The notes under the pieces are model-generated. The model did no database searches, was not told the origin of the DNA, and saw only the letters and a list, made by a program, of their open reading frames with translations. The position numbers and the translations under genes are program-made. A stretch of 56,113 bases of DNA from an uncultured Saprospiraceae bacterium (GTDB lineage: Bacteria > Bacteroidota > Bacteroidia > Chitinophagales > Saprospiraceae): positions 1-56,113 of the forward strand of contig CALDUB010000201.1 of NCBI GenBank assembly GCA_937923465.1. Reading direction: 5' to 3'. Each line of letters starts with the position of its first letter. Positions within the stretch are counted from its first letter, which is position 1. Shown in pieces: positions 34,701 to 43,009 of this stretch.

Positions 34701-37040
34701 GATTAAATCCATTGTAGAAGTAAGATTAAAAAGTGCCTCAAAGGAGCCATTCCCCAAATCGGTAATCGTGGGTGTAGGAACAGGGAAAGTATAATAATTA
34801 CTACCAAACTGACCATCTACATCATAAAAAGTAACCTCGCCGTCTTCAAAATTGGTGACATCTGTTCCGCTTTGTGGCGTATAGCTTAATCTAAAATATA
34901 CATTTTCGGTTTCGGCATTACTCATCACTCCTGGGGTCTGTATATTGTAATTATCGAAAGGTAAAAGCCAATTAAGAGCATGAGTACCCTCTTCTAAATC
35001 AACTAATTGAGTCAAAGAGCTGTCGGTATATCCTGCTGAAGTCCTTTTACTTGTCAAAGACCTTGTGCTTATTGCTCCAGCACAACCAGGGCAATGTGGA
35101 ACCATTTCGATAGTAGAGCAATGAACATCCTTATCTTCGTAACAATCTGCACATTTGGCAGATGTGGTATAGGGGAAAACAAGAGGTGTCGTATTATCCC
35201 ACAAATCGCAATCAAAGGCTAAGTCAAAATGAAATTCGGTAGTTGTATAAGAAGTTCTATTGATAGTATAAAAAACAGTGTCTGCTGCTGCATTTGTCGT
35301 GATGAGAGAATTAAAGGTCGTAGTATTTAAATTGGGAGTCGTGCTCGTCAGTGAAATTCCTGAGGGTAAGGCTACAGCAACTGTAAATTCGAAGTCAGTA
35401 TTTAAGCTATTTAAACCTGTTCCGTTACAATTAATAGTAGTACCATAAGCTTGAAAATTAGGATTGATGACAAGCTGAAAACTATCTTTGTCATTTATGT
35501 CTGTAGGTCCTAATCCTGTTGTGCTAATAAAGTAATCTCTAATAATGTTGTTGTAAGATAAATCAACTCTACTTCCAGACCTTTCGACACCACATTGGTT
35601 TTTATGATTTACATCAAAGTAGTCGTGTTCCCACTTTAAAGCATCGCCTCTTCCTGTACTACAAGCTAGGTCATTGGGAGTTAAATCTATATCGTAACAG
35701 ACCGTTATCTCAACCCCCGCACCTAAATCATCAAAGAAGCCGTCATTGTCTAAATCATCTAAGCCTCCAGGTCCGTCTACATCTGTACCATGGACATCAA
35801 ATCCTATATAAGAAATACTTGCCACCCCCGAAGGAGGAGTAGTTAGTGTAATTAAAGAATCATTTATAGTATAGTTCTCCCTCGTCAAGACAGTAGATGC
35901 ATTTAAAACATTATTAGAAGGCGTAGAGACTGGAGTGTCATTCCCTCCTGAGCCATTTAAAATACTTAAATCCATTGCAAAATCTTCTACTCCTGTAGCC
36001 AGATTTCTGATTCGGACACATTTTCTAACGGCATTACAAAGGTCAACTGCTGGATTGGTTACAATGGTTACTTGAATTTCAGGAACACCATTCTTGATAC
36101 TTACACTTGTTGTATTTGTTCCATTTGGAGGACATGGATTATCTATATTTAATCCATAAAAAGCTGTAATATTCGAAGATGTAGAATTGCCAACTCCGCA
36201 TTCTAGCATCATTACATCATAAGAAAGTGTAAAGAATTCATCTTTTTCAAAAAGAATATCCCCATTACCAGAGGTACCAACAGAACCGTTGATACTTGAT
36301 ATAACTGTGTCGTCAAAATGTACTAAATATCCTTCTGTATTGACCGTGATATTTCCTGCAGGAATAGCGACTCCATTCACATTGAAATTTGTAAATAGTA
36401 GCTCGCTGGTATTGACGTAATCTGTTAACCAAAATTCGTTTAAACTGCCAAAACTACCATTAGTAATATTGTAACTTCGGGTCACAGTCTCACCAATAGC
36501 CATTGCGGCACTCGGAGCGTGTGTTATTGCGCCTACTACCAAGTTTCCATAAGTAACATCATAGGTTGCAGCATAAGCGTCGCTACTGTTATTAGAGTAT
36601 GTCACCTCTGTTCCTCCTACTAAAACATGCAGCGTATCGGCGAATGTGCCTCCCATTATTTTATGGTCTCTGGCAGTACAAGTGGCTTTTCGAGAAAAAG
36701 TGAAACTAATCTGTTCTCCCGCAGCAATATTATCAATATTAAATAATGCAGGACTATCTCCTATAGATGAAATCGCAGTGATAGTGGCCGTTCCGCTTGG
36801 CGTGGCGATTAATCCACCATCATACACAACTCCAACTCCCATATCTACTTGAAGCATGACATTACTCATTGGCGTACCATTATTGGTAAACTCAAAAGTA
36901 ACAGTACTGTTTCCGTTATAAAGCTCCAAAGCATTAGCAGAACCAGCCGGAATAGCTGGACCCCATGTAATCGACTGTCCGAAAGCACTGTTTATTAAAA
37001 AAAATAAAATAAAAATAGAGTAATAATACTTATTTGTCAT
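31752..37040 (-). CDS. Giant secreted Cys-containing surface protein with a C-terminal GEVED domain and no T9SS sorting domain
   Basis: Signal peptide is MTNKYYYSIFILFFLINSAFGQ. About 1600 aa are Thr/Ser/Asn/Gly-rich beta-type sequence with no motif I can assign. The C-terminus reads WIDWNGDGDFEDT...GEVEDYLLQVACPESVCLPVLLGKKN. Confidence 0.85.
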   Translation of the reverse strand: MTNKYYYSIFILFFLINSAFGQSITWGPAIPAGSANALELYNGNSTVTFEFTNNGTPMSNVMLQVDMGVGVVYDGGLIATPSGTATITAISSIGDSPALFNIDNIAAGEQISFTFSRKATCTARDHKIMGGTFADTLHVLVGGTEVTYSNNSSDAYAATYDVTYGNLVVGAITHAPSAAMAIGETVTRSYNITNGSFGSLNEFWLTDYVNTSELLFTNFNVNGVAIPAGNITVNTEGYLVHFDDTVISSINGSVGTSGNGDILFEKDEFFTLSYDVMMLECGVGNSTSSNITAFYGLNIDNPCPPNGTNTTSVSIKNGVPEIQVTIVTNPAVDLCNAVRKCVRIRNLATGVEDFAMDLSILNGSGGNDTPVSTPSNNVLNASTVLTRENYTINDSLITLTTPPSGVASISYIGFDVHGTDVDGPGGLDDLDNDGFFDDLGAGVEITVCYDIDLTPNDLACSTGRGDALKWEHDYFDVNHKNQCGVERSGSRVDLSYNNIIRDYFISTTGLGPTDINDKDSFQLVINPNFQAYGTTINCNGTGLNSLNTDFEFTVAVALPSGISLTSTTPNLNTTTFNSLITTNAAADTVFYTINRTSYTTTEFHFDLAFDCDLWDNTTPLVFPYTTSAKCADCYEDKDVHCSTIEMVPHCPGCAGAISTRSLTSKRTSAGYTDSSLTQLVDLEEGTHALNWLLPFDNYNIQTPGVMSNAETENVYFRLSYTPQSGTDVTNFEDGEVTFYDVDGQFGSNYYTFPVPTPTITDLGNGSFEALFNLTSTMDLIDPTFVLGRGAGGIGTFDADSVNLDLTFSLKNDFTKSAVHSLNMRGQHFFLDAFNVEQSCNNYGAVMFYEYPLIRSSNRLGPIKRGCEEISAGIIPTVSSATDDPFPDEFRPVYRIDSTIYQIPLGFEFTGNTQAVSLSSGDTTYYNDAGDLVLKSINYNLSDTRGTHYPRFLAGFTGSCTVDPGVKQFPSTVYYSEYLYSDSIKMGSLSGIYSNDYEGTSFVLTPLNQVVQGLTDTIAWDVEVCNQTATLGTDYGYLILKDSTAGLTIDRVMDISSGMEVATTLIDFGGSNTLVQLGEVAGAACKTVRIYSVYNSCIDEVLDVQYSYSCVGYPTTLEEVVDCMQDTRLEVHDLAAAVSATITPLQDTPTEPSNPAAGNFNSNLIDMCEEFPVEMRFVSSDAGSLYDINFDMLIPNAGSGLKYVAGSGTIEVEGVDATNTPRSWDALGEMAFTNGTGGSFNILLADLDATNFDGKGLAGAGQDPTMNELILRWKMKSSCSLTSGFPLRTIVYATELCGEGVTGNGERIKSSNYNLNGITLPYSTSISSDITPDDLFTDCSQTKNVAIDLILSGGTTGGNDSLYINLPVGISLDGGVNCTSMDCPIYVRTDENSDGQSVIFIYPAGITNPTFNINFDVTSSNNMACGDEDVEILSTAIITGLLCDGASCGNTVVATGSTNLEVSINKPATTLTSYNAIYCPIDASLDLSDVMINITDTPIPADESLKVRFFCVNNMGQATGVALDSVLVQGPATVGSTLVFDKVINTNGCDITNGIIGLIENDLNCVCETTELRFEYQIFDFCPDYQDYSNSLRPCPNPACHIVVPNLFLGAAVSSDIPTGGDTNADMDTDDGISILPNMQFVPGNTVNIPVSFYNERGMDAYLRVWIDWNGDGDFEDTNEQIWDNIYASTGVIEKIHLTVNVPVNAAQDREIALRARLSTDDLNSATPCGTGDCASDGEVEDYLLQVACPESVCLPVLLGKKN

Positions 37041-37196
37041 AGTGTTTGATAAATTAGCAACTTCACTATTTTAGCGAAACTGTCTACTTGTCTTTATACA
37101 AATACCGTACTATATTATTTAAATCAATAGTAATGGGGGATAAGTAACTTATAAGGGAAGGAGTAGAAATAGTCTTCAAACTTAAATAATCAAAGC

Positions 37197-37388
37197 TTGC
37201 AAACAGGAATCATTCAATTCTACCTCAAAGACCGAGGTTTCGGATACATACGTATTCTCGAGACAGGCGAAGAATACCATTTCGCCGAAAAAAATTTAAT
37301 GGAAAAAATAAAAGACAAAGACCAAGTACAGTTTGAATTAAAGAAAACGAAACACGGATTTTATGCCGCAAATATAAAGAAAGTGTAG
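37197..37388 (+). CDS. Cold-shock-domain-like small protein
   Basis: It uses a TTG start. The stretch GIIQFYLKDRGFGYIR matches the CSD pattern GxVKWFNxxKGFGFI. It is 63 aa long. Confidence 0.65.
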   Translation: MQTGIIQFYLKDRGFGYIRILETGEEYHFAEKNLMEKIKDKDQVQFELKKTKHGFYAANIKKV

Positions 37389-37436
37389 TAAGAGACTCAT
37401 CATTAAACCGTTCATAGTTCATCGTTAAAAAAAGAT

Positions 37437-38033
37437 ATGATTTACGAATTTGAGGGCTTTCGCCCAGTCATCCACGAAAGTTCATTTATCCACCCGCAGG
37501 CGGCAGTTACGGGCAATGTCATCATTGGCAAGAACGTGTACGTCGGACCAGGTGCAGCCATACGTGGCGATTGGGGTGGTATCGTCATAGAGGACGGCTG
37601 TAATGTTCAAGAAAATTGCACGATACACATGTTCCCAGGGGTGACGGTATTGTTGAAGGAAGGAGCTCATATTGGACATGGTGCGATTGTGCACGGAGGT
37701 ACTATCGGGCGAAATGTGTTGATAGGGATGAATACCGTTATCATGGACGATTGTGAGATAGGAGATGAGTCGATTATTGGCGCACTCTGTTTTATTAAGG
37801 CAAAATCGATTATTCCACCGCGTAGTTTGGTCGTCGGCAATCCTGCTAAAGTTATTAAACAAGTCAGTGATGAAATGATAGCTTGGAAAACGAAAGGGAC
37901 GCAGTTGTATCAGGGTTTGCCAAAACAATGCTATGAAACTTTGAAAGAATGTGAGCCATTGAGGGAGATACCTGTGGATAGACCGCCGCAAGAAAAACTA
38001 TTTGAAGTTTGGAACAAAATTAAGAACGCTTGA
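37437..38033 (+). CDS. paaY: PaaY-like hexapeptide-repeat protein (gamma-carbonic-anhydrase fold)
   Basis: By eye it is colinear with E. coli PaaY. Matching stretches are FRPVIHESSFIHPQAAVTGNVIIGKNVYVGPGAAIRGD and the PaaY-type C-terminal tail AWKTKGTQLYQ...CEPLREI. Confidence 0.8.
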   Translation: MIYEFEGFRPVIHESSFIHPQAAVTGNVIIGKNVYVGPGAAIRGDWGGIVIEDGCNVQENCTIHMFPGVTVLLKEGAHIGHGAIVHGGTIGRNVLIGMNTVIMDDCEIGDESIIGALCFIKAKSIIPPRSLVVGNPAKVIKQVSDEMIAWKTKGTQLYQGLPKQCYETLKECEPLREIPVDRPPQEKLFEVWNKIKNA

Positions 38034-38057
38034 CGGACTCTGATAGCTTATCGGGAT

Positions 38058-38174
38058 TGACGGTGGACGGAGTGTTGTTTGAATATTTAAAAAGCAAAAG
38101 GTATTTACAGAACATGTCTGTAAATACCTTTTGCTTTTTTAGAGTAGTCTAAGTCACACGCCGTCCACCGTCAA
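38058..38174. terminator. Nested double hairpin: a bidirectional terminator (38090..38138) enclosed by an outer stem made of gacgg/ccgtc words
   Basis: The inner stem aaaagcaaaaggtatttacaga/tctgtaaataccttttgctttt is a perfect 22 bp, flanked by an A-run and a T-run. The outer stem pairs ttgacggtggacggagtg (38058..38074) with cacgccgtccaccgtcaa (38157..38174), 17 of 18 positions. A third ccgtccacc word lies at 38196..38204. Confidence 0.8.
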
Positions 38175-38207
38175 GTCAAGCGCAGCGACCGTATACCGTC
38201 CACCATT

Positions 38208-38504
38208 TTAATTCAAAGAAAACTGTAGTACCTGCTCCGAAGAGTTGTGAAACATTAGTTCTGTCAAATGAGGAACTAAGTAGTCCGCCAATGGCATAGA
38301 GGCGATAATTTCCATGACTTCAAATTCGTTTTCTGCCATGAAGATAGCCCACAAACCTGAACGGTCCATAGCAAGGGCGTAAGACTTCAACTTGCCTTCT
38401 GCGAGTAGGAAGTTAATATGATTTCTATGTGCTGGGATAAGTCTTGCGAAATCTTCCGTAATTTCTTGCGGAACTTCGAATTCGACCATAAATTGCTTTT
38501 TCAT
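38208..38504 (-). CDS. Small alpha+beta protein, muconolactone-isomerase-like (dimeric ferredoxin-like fold)
   Basis: ORF track 38208..38549; preferred start is ATG 38504 (MKKQFMVEFEVPQEITEDFARLIPAHRNHINFLLAEGKL). The family call is tentative. Confidence 0.55.
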   Translation of the reverse strand: MKKQFMVEFEVPQEITEDFARLIPAHRNHINFLLAEGKLKSYALAMDRSGLWAIFMAENEFEVMEIIASMPLADYLVPHLTELMFHNSSEQVLQFSLN

Positions 38505-38747
38505 ATATCGTATTTTTCGTGTTATCGTACACTCCTCATTATCAAGCATTCAAAATTCGTGCACAAATTGAAAGAACGGTTCTAAAACGCATTTTACTCT
38601 AAAATAGTTTTATTTTAAATGTCAAGATTTTGTTTAAAACCGAAAACAAAGATGTCGTTTATATAAGTATAGACTTATTTTGTCAGCAAAAGTTACAGAT
38701 ATACTTGATTTTTCTACGATTTCATGAAATGTTAAATAAATACGAAT

Positions 38748-39440
38748 TTATCCAATTTCGGAAAATAAATCTAATTCCTCTGGCACTTCCTCATGCAAAT
38801 GCGGTGAATTATTATGGACAGAATTAACCATTTCTGACACCCGATAAATATCAAAAAAGTCATTTTTGACAGGTTGCAACAGAGAGTTGATATCTTCTAA
38901 TGAATTATTATCTAACCACAATTGACATTCCAAGGCATCTGTAAAAACGACTGGTGCACGATTATGCAAATTTGCCATTTCGGCATTAGGAGTGGTCGTG
39001 ATGATAGAAAAACTTAGTTTGGTAACACCATAACTTTTCCACTCTTCCCAAATTCCTCCCATGATGAGTAAAGAACCGTCTTTTGGACGAATACGATAAG
39101 GTAATTTGCGGGTACCACTGCGTCGCCATTCATAAAAACTATCGGCGAGCACCAAACAGCGTTTTTGACGGATAGGAACACGAAAAGAAGGTTTGGTAAA
39201 GATGCCTTCGGCGCGGGCGTTGATGAGTTTTCCTTGATTTTTGCCGTCATTTGACCAAGAGGGGATAAGCCCCCATTTCAAATATTGTAGCCCAAACGGC
39301 TGTTCATTAGTGACAACAAGGGCAGATTGCGTTGGTGCAATATTGTAACTTTCGTGTAAACTGACACTGACATCCTCTACGAATGGAAGTTGTGATTGGA
39401 TTTGCTCTTTTGTAGCAATCATGGAATAGCGACCGCACAT
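38748..39440 (-). CDS. SOS-response-associated peptidase (SRAP/YedK/HMCES family)
   Basis: The N-terminus MCGRYS carries the catalytic Cys2. Other matching stretches are INARAEGIFTKPSFR, DSFYEWR and HNRAPVV. Confidence 0.92.
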   Translation of the reverse strand: MCGRYSMIATKEQIQSQLPFVEDVSVSLHESYNIAPTQSALVVTNEQPFGLQYLKWGLIPSWSNDGKNQGKLINARAEGIFTKPSFRVPIRQKRCLVLADSFYEWRRSGTRKLPYRIRPKDGSLLIMGGIWEEWKSYGVTKLSFSIITTTPNAEMANLHNRAPVVFTDALECQLWLDNNSLEDINSLLQPVKNDFFDIYRVSEMVNSVHNNSPHLHEEVPEELDLFSEIG

Positions 39441-39548
39441 AGTTTTTCGTTTTCTCTTAGATTTGTGTAATTTATTGTCGGTTCTCGCTGTAAATTTAGT
39501 GAAAAATGGTGAGAATGTGTTATCAGACCAAATTTGAACTTTTAATTC

Positions 39549-39588
39549 AAAAAAAAATCAGATGATATGAGGCTACACATCATCTGAT
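39549..39588 (-). terminator. Intrinsic terminator for the TonB receptor gene
   Basis: The stem atcagatgat (39557..39566) pairs with atcatctgat (39579..39588). On the minus strand it is followed by a T8 run (39549..39556). Confidence 0.8.
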
Positions 39589-39647
39589 TTTGATTTTATT
39601 CATCATCCACACATCGGAAAATTTTTGCGGATGATTACAGCTTGTCT

Positions 39648-42137
39648 TTAAAATCTAACTTTTACACCCAACAAATAATTCACTCCAGCCTGCGGATACA
39701 AACCAGTCAAATTATATGCGCCTTCACCACTCTCGCTACGCGCATATGGGTCATCTGCAATCGGATTGTAAGACGGTGAATTGAAACGATAAATCCAACC
39801 AGCAGTACTAAACTGAGCATTCGTCAAGTTGCGCACCATGAAGTTAAAAGCAATCTCTTGTACCACTTTTTTCGGACGCAAAGTATAGCGAAGACCACTA
39901 TTCAAAAACCAGTAAGAAGGCAATGTCGCACTCTCGTTAGAAGTATTATCTAAGTATTGCTTCCCGACTAATTTATCAGAAATAGAGAAACTCAAATCGT
40001 GATTTTCTGTATTTGGTAAAATGTGGAAAGTCAACTCTGTTGCTTTGATTAGATTTGGAGAAAGCGCCAAATCAGTATCTGTGTGACTAATCGTATCTTT
40101 GCCCCAAGTATCCCAGTTGTCTACAAATTCATCGAACGCTTCAACACGGTTTTGACTAAGTGTCAAATTGGTGTTTAACTCAATAAAATCATTGAATTTA
40201 ATACCACCGACCAACTCAATACCTGCGCGGTAAGCTTTTGGTGTATTAGTACGAATAGACGCGCCAACATCATTTAACTCACCCGTTGGGATGAGCGCAT
40301 TTTTGTAATCCATGTAGTAAAAATTCGCGCTAATAGCTGCATTGCGCCAAGATTTTTTGACCCCAAGTTCTGTGTCGTAAAGTGTCTCATGCATCGGTAC
40401 TGTTCTATTTCCATCCGCGTCGATTGGCGCATCTGTAAAGTCACCACGATTTGGTTCACGATTACCGACTGCGAAAGAAGCATAAGCTGAGAGGTTCTTT
40501 TCTGTTTCAAAAAACAAACCTGCTTTTGGATTGAAAAAACCGTATTCGTGCGCTTGTGTAATGTCCCGACCGTTATTATCACGACCGTCGATGCTGTAAT
40601 CTAATGCACGGTATTGTAAATCAACAAAAGCATTTAATTTGTCAGAAAGAACGTAGTTCGTTTTCAAATAAATATTAAAATCTGTCTTTTCTCCTCTGTT
40701 CTCATAGTAGCGGCTGCCTTGTTCGGATGTGCTGGCAAAGCGTGACCAAATAACCTCTCCAAAGTGGTCACCAAGGTATTGATTCCAGGCACCACCTAAT
40801 GTCATTTGCAATTTATCATCTGTGCTCGTGTAGCCTAAACTGTAAGTCGTTCCGTAGAAATGATTATCCAACCAACGACGTTGTATGAGGTCAGAAGAAT
40901 TGATAGTTGTAGAGTCAATTCTGAACTCCTCTAAGCCATATTCTGCAAAGTCTGCCTCGCCTTCATAGTTTTCAAAAAATCCAAAACCACGCGTATAATG
41001 TCCTGCTAAACTCAAGTCAAAATTATCAGTCAATTCACGGCTGTACAACATTTGGTAGTGACTTTGCGTGTAATCATCTACCTCGTTATTGTGTGGTTCT
41101 CCAGGTCGTGCAGTACCTGCGGAGTTGAATTTTCTTAACTCATCATCATCGCCATATTGGACAGGCACGCCGTTCCACGCTTGATAAGTGACCTCGTGAC
41201 CAGAGAAGGCATTGATGCGCAACATACTGCGTTTGCCATGATAAGCACCCGTTAAAAAGTAGGAATTTAAGTCCACCGATGCACGGTCGATATATCCGTC
41301 AGAAGTCAAACTAGATACACGTCCACCGAACGAAAATTTATCATTCAACATACCTGTTCCAAATTGGACATTACCTTTCATAGTCCCAAAAGAACCGACC
41401 GTACCGTTTACTTCTGTAAAGGCTTTTTGTGTGTCTTTAGCTGTATTTATATTAATGGATGCACCAAATGCACCTGCGCCGTTAGTTGATGTACCAACAC
41501 CCCGTTGTACTTGCACGCTACTCGTCGAGGAACTAAAATCTGGCATATTCACCCAAAAAACGCCTTGTGACTCGCTATCATTTAAAGGAATACCGTTAAT
41601 CGTTACATTGATACCATTTGGCTCGACACCACGAATACGAATGCCCGTGTAGCCAATACCTGTACCCGCATCAGAGGACACAACCGCCGAAGGTGTCCAA
41701 CGTAGCAAGAAAGGAATGTCTTGACCGAGATTAATTTTCTCGATTTCCTCTTCGCTTACATTCGTGTATGTGAATGGAGCATCGTCGGCTGCGCGAGTAG
41801 ATTTGACGATAATCTCATCAAAATTGAAAGCTGCTTCTTTCATTCGTAATGAAAAAGAAGTCACTTTGTTGTCGGTTGTTTTTACCGTTTGAGTATTATT
41901 TTCGTAGCCGAGGTACGAGAAAAATAACTCATAATCTGTGTTTATATTCAGATTGTTGAGACTGTAGGTACCGTCCATTTCGGTTACCGTTCCGTTGGTG
42001 GTGCCATTGATTAAAACGGTTACACCAATTAAAGGATTTCCATTTTGGTTGGTGACTGTACCAACAATGGAGGCGTCTTGTGCGCAGGCAAGTGCTGGCA
42101 GCAAGAGGATTGCAAATAGTAAATTTAAAAATTTCAT
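39648..42137 (-). CDS. TonB-dependent receptor (CarboxypepD_reg, plug and barrel), probably for thiamine or a thiamine precursor given the TPP riboswitch in its leader
   Basis: Signal peptide is MKFLNLLFAILLLPALACAQ. The plug stretch is GIRIRGVEPNGINVTINGIPLND. The protein ends YLLGVKVRF. Confidence 0.9.
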   Translation of the reverse strand: MKFLNLLFAILLLPALACAQDASIVGTVTNQNGNPLIGVTVLINGTTNGTVTEMDGTYSLNNLNINTDYELFFSYLGYENNTQTVKTTDNKVTSFSLRMKEAAFNFDEIIVKSTRAADDAPFTYTNVSEEEIEKINLGQDIPFLLRWTPSAVVSSDAGTGIGYTGIRIRGVEPNGINVTINGIPLNDSESQGVFWVNMPDFSSSTSSVQVQRGVGTSTNGAGAFGASININTAKDTQKAFTEVNGTVGSFGTMKGNVQFGTGMLNDKFSFGGRVSSLTSDGYIDRASVDLNSYFLTGAYHGKRSMLRINAFSGHEVTYQAWNGVPVQYGDDDELRKFNSAGTARPGEPHNNEVDDYTQSHYQMLYSRELTDNFDLSLAGHYTRGFGFFENYEGEADFAEYGLEEFRIDSTTINSSDLIQRRWLDNHFYGTTYSLGYTSTDDKLQMTLGGAWNQYLGDHFGEVIWSRFASTSEQGSRYYENRGEKTDFNIYLKTNYVLSDKLNAFVDLQYRALDYSIDGRDNNGRDITQAHEYGFFNPKAGLFFETEKNLSAYASFAVGNREPNRGDFTDAPIDADGNRTVPMHETLYDTELGVKKSWRNAAISANFYYMDYKNALIPTGELNDVGASIRTNTPKAYRAGIELVGGIKFNDFIELNTNLTLSQNRVEAFDEFVDNWDTWGKDTISHTDTDLALSPNLIKATELTFHILPNTENHDLSFSISDKLVGKQYLDNTSNESATLPSYWFLNSGLRYTLRPKKVVQEIAFNFMVRNLTNAQFSTAGWIYRFNSPSYNPIADDPYARSESGEGAYNLTGLYPQAGVNYLLGVKVRF

Positions 42138-42299
42138 GTAAAAAAAATAAAGGAAAAATGTCTACACAAACAGGGATTGCCTGTGTTATTTCTCAAAGCC
42201 TTCGCAGGAAGCGGAATCTGAATTACGAATGACGAATCACGTCTTACGAAGTGGGACTTAGTAAGACGAGGGAACGTTTCTCGTTTTTAAGAAAGCATC

Positions 42300-42459
42300 C
42301 TCATTTCCCTTCCCGGAATTATCCGGGCAGGTTCGAAGGGTATTATCTCAGGAACATTTTTAAATTCAAATGCAAGTATCAAATTCAAATAGTCGAAGAC
42401 CGTTTTGAATTTGAGTTTTGAGATTGAATTTGAACTTAGAAGGTTCCACCCCTAATGAG
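42300..42459 (-). promoter_or_regulatory. TPP (THI-box) riboswitch aptamer with an expanded P3
   Basis: The minus strand reads ctcattAGGGGTGgaac..[80-nt insert]..gttcCTGAGAtaatACCCTTcGAACCTGcCCGGATAATtCCGGgAAGGGAaatgag. P1 pairs ctcatt with aatgag. The aptamer lies about 160 nt upstream of the receptor ATG. Confidence 0.85.
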
Positions 42460-42546
42460 CGCCACAAAAGTAGAGATTAGTTATTAAATGAGATATTTTT
42501 TTTGGGAGTTTTACATTTCTTTGATAAAGGCAGAAGCTTTTACTTT

Positions 42547-42948
42547 GGTTCTTTCTGAAATCGGTTGGTAGCATTTGACATTAGACTTGTTACTCAAATC
42601 GTAACTTTCCTTATGGACACGTGAGTCTAATGTCGTCAACTTACATATCCGCATGGAGGGGAGGAAGCATCTTGTTTTTATTTACCAAGTATGGCTTTCA
42701 ACGAAGGCATGATTGAGAAGCGGATGATGCTGATTTGGCGGATTAAGGCGGATTTTTATCTATACAAAAAAGTAAATCCGCCCAAATCCGCATTATCCGC
42801 TAAATCCGCTTTTCTATCATACATTCGTTGCTACTACAAGACAGTACGCTTCCACTCCATACGGACACGTAAGTTGACGACATTCGACTTACGTGTCACC
42901 TTTTGAGTAGCGTCTTGCGATTTACCAACCAAAATCATAAAGAACCTT
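42547..42948. repeat. Palindromic element of about 400 bp, MITE-like or a structured RNA, copy 1
   Basis: Its arms (42547..42655 and 42858..42948) are inverted copies. The right arm has its own 10-bp hairpin, gacacgtaag/cttacgtgtc. The core hairpin (42720..42809) is made of gcggatt/aatccgc words. A second copy lies at 55640..55915. Confidence 0.7.
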
Positions 42949-43009
42949 TACTTTGTATTTTTTATTAAATTGTGTTTGAAAAAAAACTTCGCGCCTTTAC
43001 GTTCAATCT

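Noticed and set aside
37482-37991. 169-aa minus-strand ORF
   Set aside because: It is fully antisense to the PaaY-like gene, whose sequence is colinear with E. coli PaaY. The antisense translation has no recognisable features.
42691-42906. 71-aa ORF, and likewise 55719..55901 and 51793..51987
   Set aside because: These lie entirely inside the palindromic or MITE-like repeats. Their translations simply mirror the stuttered words (IRADF.., KSAFLS.., YDLRFTKYD..).
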